DNA from: Chiloscyllium plagiosum
Taxonomy: Eukaryota
Length of the DNA stretch: 64,000 bases
NCBI RefSeq assembly: GCF_004010195.1
Contig: NC_057757.1
Coordinates: forward strand, 9,560,726-9,624,725
Direction: 5' to 3'
Made by a program: the position numbers and the translations under genes. The number at the start of each line of letters is the position of its first letter. Position 1 is the first letter of the stretch. Positions 1 through 12,339 of this stretch are shown one piece after another. The notes beneath the pieces were generated by a model. It was not told the DNA's origin. It ran no database searches and saw only the letters and a program-made list of their open reading frames with translations.

Positions 1-352
1 GAATGGCGAAGGATGAGGGGTGACTTGATAGAGGTGTATAAGATGATCAGAGGACTAGATAGAGTAGACAGTCAGAAACTTTTTTCCCGGGTGCAACAGA
101 GTGTTACAAGGGGACATAAATTTACGGTGAAGGGTGGAAGGTATAGGGGAGATGTCAGGGGTGGGTTCTTTACCCAGAGAGTGGTGGGAGCATGGAATGC
201 GCTGCCTGTGGGAGTGGTAGAGTCAGAATCTTTGGTGACCTTTAAGCGGCAATTGGATAGGTACATGGGTGGGTGCTTAAGCTAGGACAAATGTTCGGCA
301 CAACATCATGGGCCGAAGGGCCTGTTCTGTGCTGTATTGTTCTATGTTCTAT
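1..352 (+). mobile_element. CR1-clade LINE 3' end (young subfamily)
   Basis: ORF 13..285 RGDLIEVYKMIRGLDRVD...FFTQRVVGAWNALP is the CR1 ORF2 C-terminus. It is followed by the gggccgaagggcctg hairpin and a (ttctatg)n tail. Confidence 0.92.
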
Positions 353-1289
353 GGTTGCTTGTGTTGGTAGCATAGAATTTGGATGGAGATCATTCAGCTG
401 TGCTGGTTCTCTGGGAAAGACATCTAGCCCTGATCTGATTTAATGATGGAGCGGGCTCAAAGGGCCAAATGGTCTACTCTCATTTGTATGACACTGCAAT
501 GCCCATTGTCCAATGAGACAATGAGTGGATCATCCATTTAGAATACAAAAGCAGTCACGTGATGTGTATCCTCAGATCAAGGCTCTAGCTTCATGATTTG
601 AAAACAGGTGAGCAAGACTATTAACTTCACCTTAAAATCCTTTTATGGAAGCTCAACTTTCATATTTACAGCATCCAGCTATTTCCAAAGGATTCCAGAA
701 CACCCCCCTCACTGCTGTATCTCCATGATCCGTGTCCCAAACAGCCCTTGTTGAAAAGAGCTTGCCAATCCAAGAGCTAAATCTTTCCTTCACTCATTGG
801 AGATGACACCCCCCCTTGCGTGTTAAGGCTGAGTTCTGGAACTACCTTTCTTTCTTGTCAGCTATCTCACAAACCAGTCAAGGTTGAAAAGCCTCTTCAG
901 TCTTTCCTCATTTTTCTCACTGTTAGCTTTTCATCCTGAGTAGAAGGGCATCCAGAAACTATGATGAATAGTCCTCAAGGGTGCTTCCTTCTCCATGCCA
1001 CAGCTTCATTCAAGGACTTAATTATCTCCATCGCTCCAGCAGCAAGGCAGCTCTGAGGAAACTCCACTCCTTTTTGGGGAGGGGAGACAATTGACAAGAA
1101 TGGTATTTGATATGGATTGTTAAGAAGGATGAAAGCAAAGTTGGTTTTGGCACAAAGCAACAACTAACTCTTGTGATTCTGATGACATTGGCGCTCAACT
1201 GCTCCTTGCTGTCTCACTGCATCAATTATCCTCTATAAGGAAGCAATTATTCTATTTACTCTATGTGCAACATGCAAGCTTTGGAGTAG

Positions 1290-1933
1290 AAAATAAATTA
1301 GGGATGCTTTGCTTCAGTTACACAGGGAATTGGTGAGACCACATCTGGAGTACTGTGCACAGTTTTGGTCTGCTTATTTAAGAAAGAATATAAATGCATT
1401 CAAGGCCAGAAGATTAATTTCACCATTATCTGGGATGGAGGTGTTACTTTATGAGAAATATTAGATAGGTTTGGCCTGTATCCATTGGAGTTTAGAAGAA
1501 TGAGAGGTGATCTTATTGAAATGTATAAGAGTCTTGACAGGGTGGTTACTGAGAGGATTCTTCAATGTGTAGGAGACATTCAAACTAGGGGATGCAGTTT
1601 TAGAAAATTAGTCATTTAATACCAAAAGGAGGAGAATTTCTTTCTCACGAAGGGACATGAGAGGGAAATGGGTCAAATGCTGGCAAATGGGGTTAGATTA
1701 ATTTAGGATAACTGGTCAGCATGGATGAATTGGACTGAAGGGTCTGCTTCTCTGTTGGACATCTCTATGACTCTATAAGTCAGTAGAGCATTCTTTTCTC
1801 AATGGCAGAGATTGGGCCACTGAATATTCTTAAATTGGAGGTTGACCAACTCTTGACTAACAAGAGAATCGAGAGGTGAGAGCGAAAGGTGGCAGTGTGA
1901 GATGGAGGCGATAATTGGTTCAGCCATGATCTT
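1290..1933 (+). mobile_element. Degraded CR1 3' region with a nested CR1 tail (~1660-1778); tail resumes at 2823-2885
   Basis: LVRPHLEYCAQFW-like DNA (gtgagaccacatctggagtactgtgcacagttttgg), RGDLIE motif, ctctatgactctat tail. Confidence 0.75.
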
Positions 1934-2822
1934 GGAGAAAGTGAGGACTGCAGATGCTGGGGATCAGAGCTTAAAAATGTGTTGCTGGAAAAGCGCAGCA
2001 GGTCAGGCAGCATCAAAGGAGAAGGAGAATCAATGTTTTGGGCATAAGCCCTTCTTCAGGAATGAGGAGGGTGTGTCAAGCAGGCTAAGATAAAACGTGG
2101 GGAGGATGGACTTGGTGGAGGGGTGTTGGGAATGCGATAGGTGGAAGGAGGTTAAGGTGAGGGTGATAGGCCGGAGAGGGGGTGATTGGGAATGTTCTGC
2201 TGCAATCGCCTTTCAGTTTAGTTTATTTTGGTGCATGACAGGTTAAGGTTTATTGTATAAGTGTTAATCAAGATTGATTAGACATGTCCTTTTTTAGTTT
2301 GAGCCTACCCCAGAGATTACTAATGAAAACCATTTGTAAATTACCGGTTACAAATAGACCATATGGTTCCTTGAGCTATTTTGATTATTTTTTGTGTGTA
2401 TTATTTCTCAACTAACTGTTTCTGATAAATTCAGAATCATTTCAGATTTAACTATATTTTTGTTTATTTGTTCATGAGATGTGGGCATCAATGACGAGGC
2501 CTGCACTTAATGCCCACCTCTAATTTTTCTTTCACAGGGTGATGGTGAAATGCTTTCTTGAGGGATGTCAGCAGGTGGGGCAACGTGGTGCGAGGGTGGG
2601 CAATGATGGGAGTCTAAGTGATGTGTAACTGTTATAGAACCTCCTTCCACCTATCGCATTCCCAATGCCCCTCCCCCAAGTCCCTCCTCCGTACCTTTTA
2701 TCTTAGCCTGCTTGGCACACCCTCCTCATTCCTGAAGAAGAGCTTATACCCGAAACGTCGATTCTCCTTCTCCTTTGATACTGCTTGACCTGCTGTGCTT
2801 TTCCAGCAACACATTTTTAAGC
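1934..2822. mobile_element. Penelope-like composite: inverted PLE termini (1934-2186 and 2638-2822) around ~450 bp of unrelated DNA, with a 14-bp TSD
   Basis: 2638-2824 is the reverse complement of ~1967-2153. Both arms carry hammerhead-like motifs. tcagccatgatctt occurs at 1920-1933 and 2823-2836. Confidence 0.7.
2727..2765 (+). ncRNA. Minimal hammerhead ribozyme motif (family 1, weakened stem II)
   Basis: auuc CUGAAGA agagcuuauaccc GAAA CG UC gauu. Confidence 0.55.
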
Positions 2823-2901
2823 TCAGCCATGATCTTACCAAGAGCAGGTATGAGGGGCTGCATGGCCCACTCCTGCTCATTTGTTCAGGCAGAAATAGAG
2901 C

Positions 2902-3123
2902 AAGCTGGTCAAAGCAGTGGATATCCAACCATGATGGTGCCCAGATTATATCTCCAAAATGGGAGCGCTGAGTTAAATGCTATTATATTCTCCGTAATCT
3001 AATCTAATCTAATCTAATCTAATCTAATCTAAAGCTGGTCAAAGCAGTGGATATCCAACCATGATGGTGCCCAGATTATATCTCCAAAATGGGAGCGCTG
3101 AGTTAAATGCTATTATATTCTCC
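2902..3123 (+). repeat. Perfect 92-bp direct duplication (2902-2993 = 3032-3123) flanking G(TAATC)7TA
   Basis: Direct comparison of the two copies. The spacer equals the HE1-type SINE tail repeat. Confidence 0.95.
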
Positions 3124-3948
3124 ATAGTTCAATACCCTCATCCAATAAAAATAACAGGCATCTCAGAGCTTTGTTGATAAAACAGCACCAGAAATCAACT
3201 CAGAGTCAGCTCAGACAGTCGGGAATGCAATTGATGTCCAGTGACTGAGTATGAAGGTCCATTAACATCTCATACAACCTTGTGCGTCAATGTAGAGCAA
3301 TATTAACTTCCAATTAAAGAAAAATCGATGCAAGATATACCGCACAAGGTCAGGCAAAGAGAAGAAAACTTGTCCTCATAAACTACAGATGGTTAAAGAC
3401 ATTGGTTTATAGTAAGAGCTTCCATTGCAAACGAATCTTCCAAAGTGCTCCGTGATTGCAAACAGTAATTGAGCAGATGGCTGTGGAAAAGTGACCTTGT
3501 TGAATGTTTCATTACTTTGGTAAGTTGGATCCAATGTGGGTTTACAAACAGTAAGGTGAGCAATCTGACTCCGTGATCTCAGTTATCAGATATTCCACAG
3601 ACAATAACTTTTGCGAAATGAATGCCCTGCTTTTATACATTAATTTTTCTTCTACTCACAAAGTGGGAACTTCCTTGTGCATGAGGACAATAGTGTCCTG
3701 TTTTTTATTTATTTGTATGAAATGAGGGTGTCATTGGTTAGATCAGCATTTATTTCCCACCCCGAATTTCCCTCAGAAAGGTGACAGTGAGTCAACATTT
3801 TAAATTGCTGCTGAGCTTGTCCTTTGGTACACTCGCAATGCTGTTAGCGAGGGATTTTCAGGATTTTTGACCAATTACACCGATGGAATGGCGATAAATT
3901 TCCTAATCTGGATAGTGAGTTCCTGTCTATCTGCTTTGTCACAGTGTT

Positions 3949-4290
3949 ATTAGATTAGATTAGATTAGATTAGATTACAGTGTGGAAACAGGCCCTTCGG
4001 CCCAACAAGACCACACCGACCCGCCGAAGCAAAACCCACCCATACCCCTACATTTACCCCTTACCTAACACTACGGGCAATTTAGCATGGCCAATTCACC
4101 TAACCTGCACATCTTTGGACTGTGGGAGGAAACCGGAGCACCCGGAGGAAACCCACGCAGACACGGGGAGAACGTGCAAACTCCACACAGTCAGTCGCCT
4201 GAGTCGGGAATTGAACCCGGGTCTCTGGCGCTGCGAGGCAGCAGTGCTAACCACTGTGCCACCGTGCCGCCCACTGCCACCGTGCCGCCC
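3949..4290 (-). mobile_element. Full-length HE1-like tRNA-derived V-SINE
   Basis: Minus-strand head ggcacggtggcacagtggttagcactgctgcc with A/B boxes (gggttcaattccc), V-type body, CR1-like 3' hairpin and (tctaa)n tail. The 5' ~19 bp is tandemly duplicated. Confidence 0.9.
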
Positions 4291-5300
4291 ACAAAGGAGA
4301 CTTGGTGAATTTCTGCATTGCATCTTGTAAGCAGGACACACTGCTGCTACTGAGCATCGGTGGTGAAGGGCATGAATACTGAAGGTGATGGATGTGGTGC
4401 CAATCAAGCGGCTGCTTTGTTCTCAATGGTGTCAAATTTCTTGAGTGTTGTTGGAGTTGCACCCATCCAGGCAAGTGGGGAGTATTCCATCACACTCCTG
4501 ACTTGTGCCTTGTAGATGGCTTTAGGGAGACAAGAGGTGAGTGACTCACTGCAGGATTCTTAACCAATGATCTGCTGTTGTAACCACAGAATTTAAATGG
4601 CGAGTCCAGTTCAGTTTCTGGTCAATGGTAACCCCAAGGATGTTGGACCTGAGAGATTCAATTGTAATGCAATTGATTGTCAAGGGGAATGATTAGACTG
4701 TCTTTTACTGGAGATTGTCATTGCCTGGCATTTGTGTGGTGTGAATGTTACTTGCCACTTTCAGCCCAAGCCTGGATATTGTCCAGATCTTGGTGCAGTT
4801 GAACATGGACTGCTTCAGTATCTGAGGAGTTGGCAATAGTGCTGAACATTGTACAATCATCAGAGAACATCCCCATTTCTGACCTTATGATGGATGGAAG
4901 GTCATTGATGAAACTGTTGAATATGGTTGGACCGAGGACACTACACTATCTGCATTGGATAGGTATATGGAGGATAGTGGGTTAGTATAGGTTAGGTGGG
5001 CTTGGATCGGCGCAACATCGAGGGCCAAAGGGTCTGTACTGCGCTGTATTCTTCTATGTTCTATGTTCTATGTACACTGAGGGGCTCCTGGAGCTGAGAC
5101 AATGGACTTCCAAAAACCACAACCATCTTCCTATGTGCCAGGTATGACTCTAACCAGCAGATAATTTGTCTCCTGATTTATATTGACTCCAGTTTTGCAA
5201 GGGCTCCTTGATCTAATGCAGTCTTACATCAAGGGCTGTCAGTCTCCACTCACCTCTGGAGTTCATCGCCATATTTGGATCAAGGCAGTAGGTTCAGGGA
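4291..5300 (-). mobile_element. L2/Crack-like LINE fragment; its 3' end lies at ~3705-3920 and it is interrupted by a + strand CR1 tail at 4950-5073
   Basis: Minus strand encodes YKAQVRSVMEYSPLAWMGATPT-like RT C-terminal residues. Same family as 43170-43830 and 45820-47200. Exact clade is uncertain. Confidence 0.7.
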
Positions 5301-5439
5301 ACTGCACTTTAGAACAGACTTGATGGCTTAGGAAAGGTTACAGAAAAGATTTACTGGAATAGTTTAATGTGAAGAAAGATTATACTCAGTTGGACATCAG
5401 GGGTTCTCCTTCTAGCTCAAAATAAGAGATGTGGCACTA

Positions 5440-5705
5440 GGGCGGCACGGTGGCTCAGTGGAGAGCACTGCAGCCTCACAGTGCCAGGGGTCCAGGTTCG
5501 ATTCCAGCCTTGGGCAACTGTGTCTGTGTGGGTTTCCTCCGGGTTCTCCGGTTTTCACCCACAATCACAAAGTGATCCCCATAGTGTTCGGCGCATTAGT
5601 CAGAGGGAAATGGGTCTGGGTGGGTTGCTCTTCAGAGGGTAGGTGTGGACTTGTTGGGCCGAAGGGCCTGTTTCCACACTGTAGGGAATGTAATCTAATG
5701 TAATC
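5440..5705 (+). mobile_element. HE1-like SINE with internal deletions
   Basis: gggcggcacggtggctcagtgg head; gggccgaagggcctgtttccacactgtaggga tail. Confidence 0.85.
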
Positions 5706-5764
5706 ATGCAATTGAGATGGTTAAAATCTGACAGGGTTTAGAAAGAGCAAATAAAGAGGAATTG

Positions 5765-6205
5765 ACATGGTAGCTCAGTGGTTAGCACTGCTGCCTCACA
5801 GCGCCAGGGACCAGGGTTTGATTCCAGCCTCAGGTAACTGTCTGTGTGGAGTTTGTACATTCTCCCTGTTTTTGTGTGGGATTCCTCCCACAATCCAAAA
5901 GGTCTACAGGTTAGGTGAATTGGCCATGGGGAAATTGCCCATAGTGTTCTGTCTGTGTGGAGTTTGTACATTCTCCCTGTGTTCTGCGTGGGATTCCTCC
6001 CACAATCCAAAAGGTCTACAGGTTAGGTGAATTGGCCATGGGGAAATTGCCCATAGTGTTCAGGCATGTATAGGTTAGGTGCATTAGTCAAGGGTAAATG
6101 TAGAGTAATAGGGTAGGGGAATGGGTCTGGATGGGATATTCTTCAGAAGGTTGGTGTGGATTTGTTGGGCTGAAGAGCCTGTTTCCACACTGTAGGGATT
6201 CTATG
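5765..6205 (+). mobile_element. HE1-like SINE with a ~111-bp internal tandem duplication (5838-5948 / 5949-6060)
   Basis: tRNA-like head, duplicated body, CR1-like tail. Confidence 0.88.
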
Positions 6206-7249
6206 GTTCTATTCTCAACGGCAACAGCTCACAAGGTGATTGGCCCAAAGACTAGAGGCAAAATGATGAGAAATATTTGCATTTTGTGTGTAGTAAGAAT
6301 TGGAATTACACAGGCTGCTGGAGTGATGCAGCAACATTTCTAAGAATGTGGGGAAATTGAGAAGCAATTGGACTAATCAGATTGCTTCTTAAAAGAGCTA
6401 GTACAGATTTGATGGTCTGAATGGCTTCTTTCTTTGTTGTACTGTTCTATGGATTTGCTATCATATGACTTAGTGATACAATGGGTGAATTTGTCCCCAG
6501 TATTGGCCATTCCCCACATGTTGTCAAGTCACATACTGCAGCTGAGAATAGTGTAGGATTGAGCTCTGCTGTCTCATAGCTTATAAGTGTTCACAGCAGC
6601 TTGTACAATGCCCATCTGAATAGCTGGTCCCCATCAACTGGTCTTGTAGTATTTATGAAGGGGAAAAGCATTGGATAGGAGAATGAGTCAAAGTGAACTG
6701 GACGTTTACTTAACGTCGTTGGCATAGAGTACAGAACATTCACTTCTCAGGCTTATTCCTCCAATCAATAAGATCATAGATACTCTGAGCTCCAGGTACA
6801 GACCTCACATTACACAGGCCTCCCACACCAGTGTGTCTGTCAGAGAGCTGGCCTGGCATTGAATGGCCTTACTGAGCTGTGGTTCCAGAATGGTCCACGT
6901 CTTAGGGATATTTGCTATCAGAGTCTGCCCTTGTCTCATCTGGAATTGCAGAATAAAATGGAGTTTGGGAGTCAGGATCACATTGTGAGTGCCTCACTAT
7001 GGGCCTTAAGGACAGACGTCACCCTGTCTCACAAACGGAACAATGACAGCTTAGAATGTGATCTCAAACAGGACTGGAGAGTGCTGTCTGCCATTCAAAC
7101 TGATTTCAGGCTGCCCTGGGGGACAATTGGATTGGGTGGGAAGGCTAGACACCAGCCCTACTCAATGGCCAATGTGACGACTTCCCAGGGGAGTCCAGAA
7201 CCAATCTCCCAAGGAGGTCACCGTCCATGGAGATTGGATAGACCAATTT

Positions 7250-7495
7250 CGACTAAGATGAGGACAAATTCCTTCACCCAGAGAGTGGGGAGCCTGTGGA
7301 ATTCTCTGCTACAGAAAGCATTGAGGCCAAAACATTGAATGTTTTCAACAGGAGTTAGATATAATTCTCATGGCTAAAGGGATCAAAGGATGTGAGGGAG
7401 AAAGCAGGAACAGGGTTGGGTGACCAGCCATGATTCTAATGAATGATGGAGCAGGCTCGAAGGCCGAATGGTCTACCTTTACTCCTACTTCCTCT
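7250..7495 (+). mobile_element. CR1 3' fragment
   Basis: MRTNSFTQRVGSLWNSL and a gatggagcaggctcgaaggccgaatgg tail. Confidence 0.8.
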
Positions 7496-8294
7496 GTTCC
7501 AGGAAGGAAAGAAGGAGGGACACTTCTTATGGTGCTCAGGGGTGCTCCCTCTGAAGACATCATTCTGTAACTGCCCCATTCAATCTCTGAAACCAAAATC
7601 TCTCACCACCTCCTTTACTAAAGTCCCTGATCCCTCGCTGATTAAGAACCCCAAAATTATCTCTAATTCTTGTTGCCCTGAATGGTGTGGAAATGTGATG
7701 GTTGCATTGTTAAAGCTGCTTTTAGTATATTATTGGTGTGAGAAAGCCATTTTTAGCCGATCAACCATTTTACAGGAGGGACGGGGTGGGGTTGACTTGA
7801 TGAGGGCCCTGGATTATAGACCCAGTGACGTAACCATTTCACGGCTGTAGCAGCAATTGCTGATTGGTTAATATTCTCATGTCACAGCAGTAAAGCTCTG
7901 GGTCCAGTCCTTGGACATAAAATTCAAAGTCACCACTTCCACTGAGGGAGGTTTTGGTTCTTGTCTGGGGAGGGATGGATGTTTTACCGAGGATTTGTTT
8001 CAGGTGAATGTAAAATACCCTAAGACATTATTTCAAGAATGGCAGAAGCCTGACCAACATGTATCCCTCAATCTACAACCCAGAAAAACTGCCTGTTCAG
8101 TTATCAGACCATCTCACTGCTTCAAATATATGTAAATATTGTCCTGCATAAGGAAGAAACACTTTGGGTTTTGTTTTGGTAACTGCAGGGATGCGAAATT
8201 TCCATGTTTCATGAGGATCACTGAATCCCTAGAGGATTCCAGAAAAAGAGGACATTTGGCCAATTGGGTCTGAACCAACTCTCTGAAATGCATC

Positions 8295-8578
8295 CCATGT
8301 AGACCCACCTTATTCCTGTAACCTCACATTTACTTGTATCCTCACATTTACCCTGGGGTTAATCCAACTAATCTCACATCCCTGGACACTATGGGCAATT
8401 TAGCATGGCCAATCCACCTGACCTGCACATCTTTGGACCATGGGAGGAAACCGGAGCACCCGGAGGAAACTCACACAGACACAGGGAGAATGTGCAAACT
8501 CCACACATATAGTCACCCGAGGCTAGAATCGAACCTGGGACCCTGGTGCTGTGAGACAGCAGTGTTAACCACTGTGTC
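8295..8578 (-). mobile_element. HE1-like SINE
   Basis: Reverse complement of the SINE head and body seen at 3949-4290. Confidence 0.85.
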
Positions 8579-8687
8579 TTGCTTATTCTTCATATGCAAA
8601 GACTGTACAGAACTATTTTAATAACTGTGTAAAGATTTTTAATGAATAAAGTATATTTTTGCAAATAAAAAGTCCCAGATGATTTGA

Positions 8688-8820
8688 CCATTGTCACATT
8701 GTGGTATGTGGGATCTTTCTGTGCGTGAACTTGACTGCCAACTTTCCTATATTGCAACCAATTAATAGTACTTAATGAACTTTGACAAGTCTGATGGTCA
8801 CAAAATAAATACTTTTCTGA
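8688..8820 (+). mobile_element. Deu-domain SINE remnant (SacSINE1/AmnSINE1-like)
   Basis: tcacattgtggtatgtgggatctttctgtgcgtgaacttgactgcc resembles the recalled Deu-SINE core/3' segment. Confidence 0.55.
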
Positions 8821-9639
8821 CCAAAACAAAAAACTAAAACAACCATGAGGGCTGAGAATCAGAAACAAATTCAGGAATTGCTGGAAAAACTCAGCAGACC
8901 TGGCAGCATCTGTAGGAACAAAAACGAACTTATCGTTTTGGGTCCAGTGTCCTTTCCTCCGACTCTTTTGTTTCTAGATACTTTTCTCCTAGAGTGTGAG
9001 TCTGTGCAACCTTCTACACTTAGAGGCTGAAGCCCGGTCATAAAATGATACGTTGGTAGGGCCTGTTTATGCAAAAGCCCTCAACAGCAGTTCAAGCCAT
9101 TGCCCTTAATCACCTCTCCTCACACAGCAGCCTGTAACCCTATCTGTCTCCCTTCCAGCATCTCACGGCTGTGGACAGGGAAATCTCTTTCACCAGCTGA
9201 AACGCAGCAGCCGAGGAGAACAAATCTATCTTACATCCTACTCTTCCCAATCTCCTAGTCCTGTCCCTTCTAGCCCACCTCTGCAGTGCATAGTTCAGAG
9301 GTTATTGCAGATAATAACTGATTCCCAATGAAAGATCGAGATGGCTCATGAGTACAGATATAAAATGCATTCTCGCGAATCTAATGTTAGACAGTTCACC
9401 AAGGCTGCTTCTGACTGTTTGCAAAGAGCTCTCAAATACCTCTGAAATCATTTTGAAATATCGAACAGAAATATTCAGAAAGAGTGTACCTGTTCATTAA
9501 AGGAAATAAGGTTTCTCCACAGAAGCATTAAATCTTGTATAATTGAGGAAAGAAGATAACAAATTAAAAATGACCATTTCTGAGAGACCATTATAGGATC
9601 TTGAAATTAATGTTGTGTCATTAATAGACGGTGAGAAAT

Positions 9640-10140
9640 AGGAACAGGAGTAGGTTGTTCCGCCCATTCAGCCTGCTCCACCATTCAAAAGGATAATGCC
9701 TGATCTGATATGTGTCATGTCCACTTTCCTGCCCTTTCCCTATATTGGTTGATTCCCAGACTGATCAAGAATCCATCCATCTCAGTCTTAAATATACAGG
9801 AGGACTAGCCCTGTCCCACAGCTCTCTGGGGCAAGGAGTTCCAAAGACATAAATTTAAGGTGAAGGGTGGAAGGTATAGGGGGGATGTCAGGGGTAGGTT
9901 CTTTACCCAGAGAGTGGTGGGGGCATGGAATGCGCTGCCAGTGGGAGCGGCAGAGTCAGAATCATTGGTGACTTTTAAGTGGCAATTGGATAGGTACATG
10001 GATGGGTGCTTAAGCTAGGACAAATGTTCGGCACAACATCGTGGGCCGAAGGGCCTGTTCTGTGCTGTATTGTTCTATGTTCTATCTTTGTTCTAACCCT
10101 CTGAAAGAAGAAATTCTTCCTCATCTTAGTCTTAAATTAG
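9640..10140. mobile_element. Old minus-strand CR1 tail with a nested young plus-strand CR1 3' end (~9848-10086)
   Basis: The nested piece is nearly identical to 115-350. The host element resumes at aaccctctgaaagaag. Confidence 0.8.
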
Positions 10141-11537
10141 CACCTTTTAATGCACTCAATACAACTATTTACAACAATTGAAGCACACCTAGATAATATT
10201 TAATGGACCACTAATGAGTGAGGTGTGAAATCCTTCTATCTTATCTCCTGTCTTTCCTTGGTTCCCACTATTAAAGACTGAAGGAATTCCATTTGGAACA
10301 TAAATCTGAATCCTATTTCAACAACAAATGAATAGATGCCACTTACCCAGTGCTTCTGACCAGAGTTGCTAACTCTTGTTGGCCATATTCCTGCAGAATT
10401 TGTCATGTGATCTTCTGTCGCCAATGCCTCCCACCTCCCCCCAACCCCCGGCCCCGCCATCACCCCGCCTCCCAATCACAGACTGCTTGTCAGAAATAAT
10501 TTTCACCAATATTTCTTTCACTAAGAAACAAACATGAGAAAATGGACACATTGTTTTTCATGAATGACTCAACGACATACTTGTCTCCCGACCTGCTCTC
10601 AGTGGTGCACTGGTGGTTAACTTTCAACTTCATAAACTCCAGTCCAAACTTAGAAGTTGCAAAGTGAGTTGAGGGGCTTCGTGAGGATAAAGTGGAAGCC
10701 AGAACAAGTTGGCGAGATCAGGAATGATGTGCAAGATGTAGAGGACATGATCGAAAAGGATGTGTATTAGGAAGAGTTCTGAAGGTGCACTAAACATGGT
10801 GAAGCAATGGGCACCCAGAGGGACAAGCTAGTGAAAAAATAATGACATTTGGAAATGAATGTACTGGATGTCCATTCTGAAATATTCAAAACAAGTTGGA
10901 CCGGATTGTCTTATTTGCTAGTTTTCCCTTTTGGACTGTGGGGAGAGCCTGAGGCCTAGGCGGCTGAGGACTTTCAGGATGACAGGCCTTCTGCATATTT
11001 CCCATACTTCCTATTTCTAAACCTGTAAATCAACTCCTGTATGTTTGCAGGCCCAAGTTTGAAAAAAAGTGGTTCAATGTTTAAACCTTGCTTAGATTTG
11101 CGACAACGCAACAGTCATGCTCTGTCCTTTCCTTTCCCGACTGGAAAAAGATTTGACCAATATTCTTCCACATTTAGAAATTTCGGCATGTGATAGGATC
11201 TCTGTAAATGACTGGTTTTGTGTTATGTCTGAGCGTTCCAGAAGTATTTGTGTTACTACTGCAGGAGATTTGAGTTGAGTCCATAGGTTGCTGATAGAGC
11301 ATGGCTACGTAATGAGTTAAAACATCTGACTGGATCAGCAGGAGTTGACAGCTCATGCAGGGCTCCCTGTTGTTCAGTGCCACCTTACTAGTCATGGTTA
11401 CAAGTATGTGTGAGCCATGTGTCTCAATTCTTGTGCAATTTAGTCCAACCTGCATTTTCCTGTGTTAGTCAGAGGCTGTAAATCAACACCGAGGAGATGG
11501 TAGTAATGTCATTGGGTAAGTAATCCAGAACCTCAGA

Positions 11538-11720
11538 ATAATATCTGGGCACAACAGTTCAAATCCCATCATAGCAGATGGCAAAATCTGAATTCAATAT
11601 TAAAAAGCTTCTCTGATGCCAACCTGCCATCCTTACGTGGTCTGGCATCCATGTGACTCCAGCAATATGGTTGGCTCTTAACTGCTATCTTGCCAATAAA
11701 TATTGGCCCAGCCAGCATGA
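11538..11720 (+). mobile_element. tRNA-derived SINE, second family (other copies ~29340-29630 +, ~36750-37140 -, ~48900-49130 -)
   Basis: ggtagtaatgtca...gttcaaatccc head; shared body cctgccatcctt...gtctgg...atgtgactccag; 3' caataaatattggcccagccagc matches the L2/Crack-like LINE tail. Confidence 0.65.
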
Positions 11721-11784
11721 GAAAAAGAATCTGCCAACGTTACCTGGTCTGACTGAACATGACCCATACTCAAAGTAGTATGAA

Positions 11785-11920
11785 GTAAGAGATAGTGAGG
11801 ACTGTAGATGTTGGAGAGTCAGAGTCAATTAAGTCTGGTGCTGGAAAAGCACAGCAGGTCAGGCAGCATCTGAGGAGAAAGAGTGTCAAAGCTTGCAGCA
11901 TAACGCTTTCATCAGGATCT
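11785..11920 (-). mobile_element. Penelope-like terminal fragment
   Basis: agtgaggactgtagatgttggaga...gctggaaaagcacagcaggtcaggcagcatc...ttcatcagga. Confidence 0.7.
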
Positions 11921-12339
11921 TTGAAATGGACTAACCAGCCAGTTATCTTAAGTGCTGTTATAGATGGGTGAATCAGCAAGCTGTATCTCTCAGATGGTTT
12001 CCTACACTGCATCTCCATCCCTCCATTGCCATGTAATCTCTTGAGAGACATCAAAACCCAAGGCAACTAAGAGGACACCAGGAGACAGTACCAGTTGTGA
12101 TTAATGATAAATGATTCTTCAAACATTCACTCCTGATACAGAAACAGGCCCATCATGGTTGAGGGAATTAAAGAATCTGGTTCTGACCACATCAAAGGAC
12201 CACATGTCCATCTTTTTAGCTTTATTTCTAATTTTCCTAACCTATGTGATGTATATCTAGAGCGTAGCGTAACTTTTGTTTCTTTATTTTCTCTTTTTTT
12301 TGTATCTAGGATTTGTACCTAAGATGGCATCGTGTGTTG

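Noticed and set aside
4195..4270. tRNA genes at SINE heads
   Set aside because: A and B boxes are present, but they continue into SINE bodies and I could not form a full cloverleaf.
3980..4407. Recurring ORFs such as MGNLAWPIHLTCTSLDCGRKPEHPEETH and MVAQWLALLPHSARD
   Set aside because: These are chance open frames of HE1-like SINE copies, not a protein family.
6859..7338. 159-aa ORF
   Set aside because: Non-ATG start, no recognisable domain, and it runs into a CR1 fragment.
10347..10390. Possible 44-nt minus-strand exon (ctgcag|GAATATGG...CACTGG|gtaagt) downstream of the PALM exon
   Set aside because: The donor is strong, but the pyrimidine tract is poor. In the phase following the PALM exon it reads NMANKS-stop and does not resemble the expected LEKEI exon. 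There is no support without RNA-seq.
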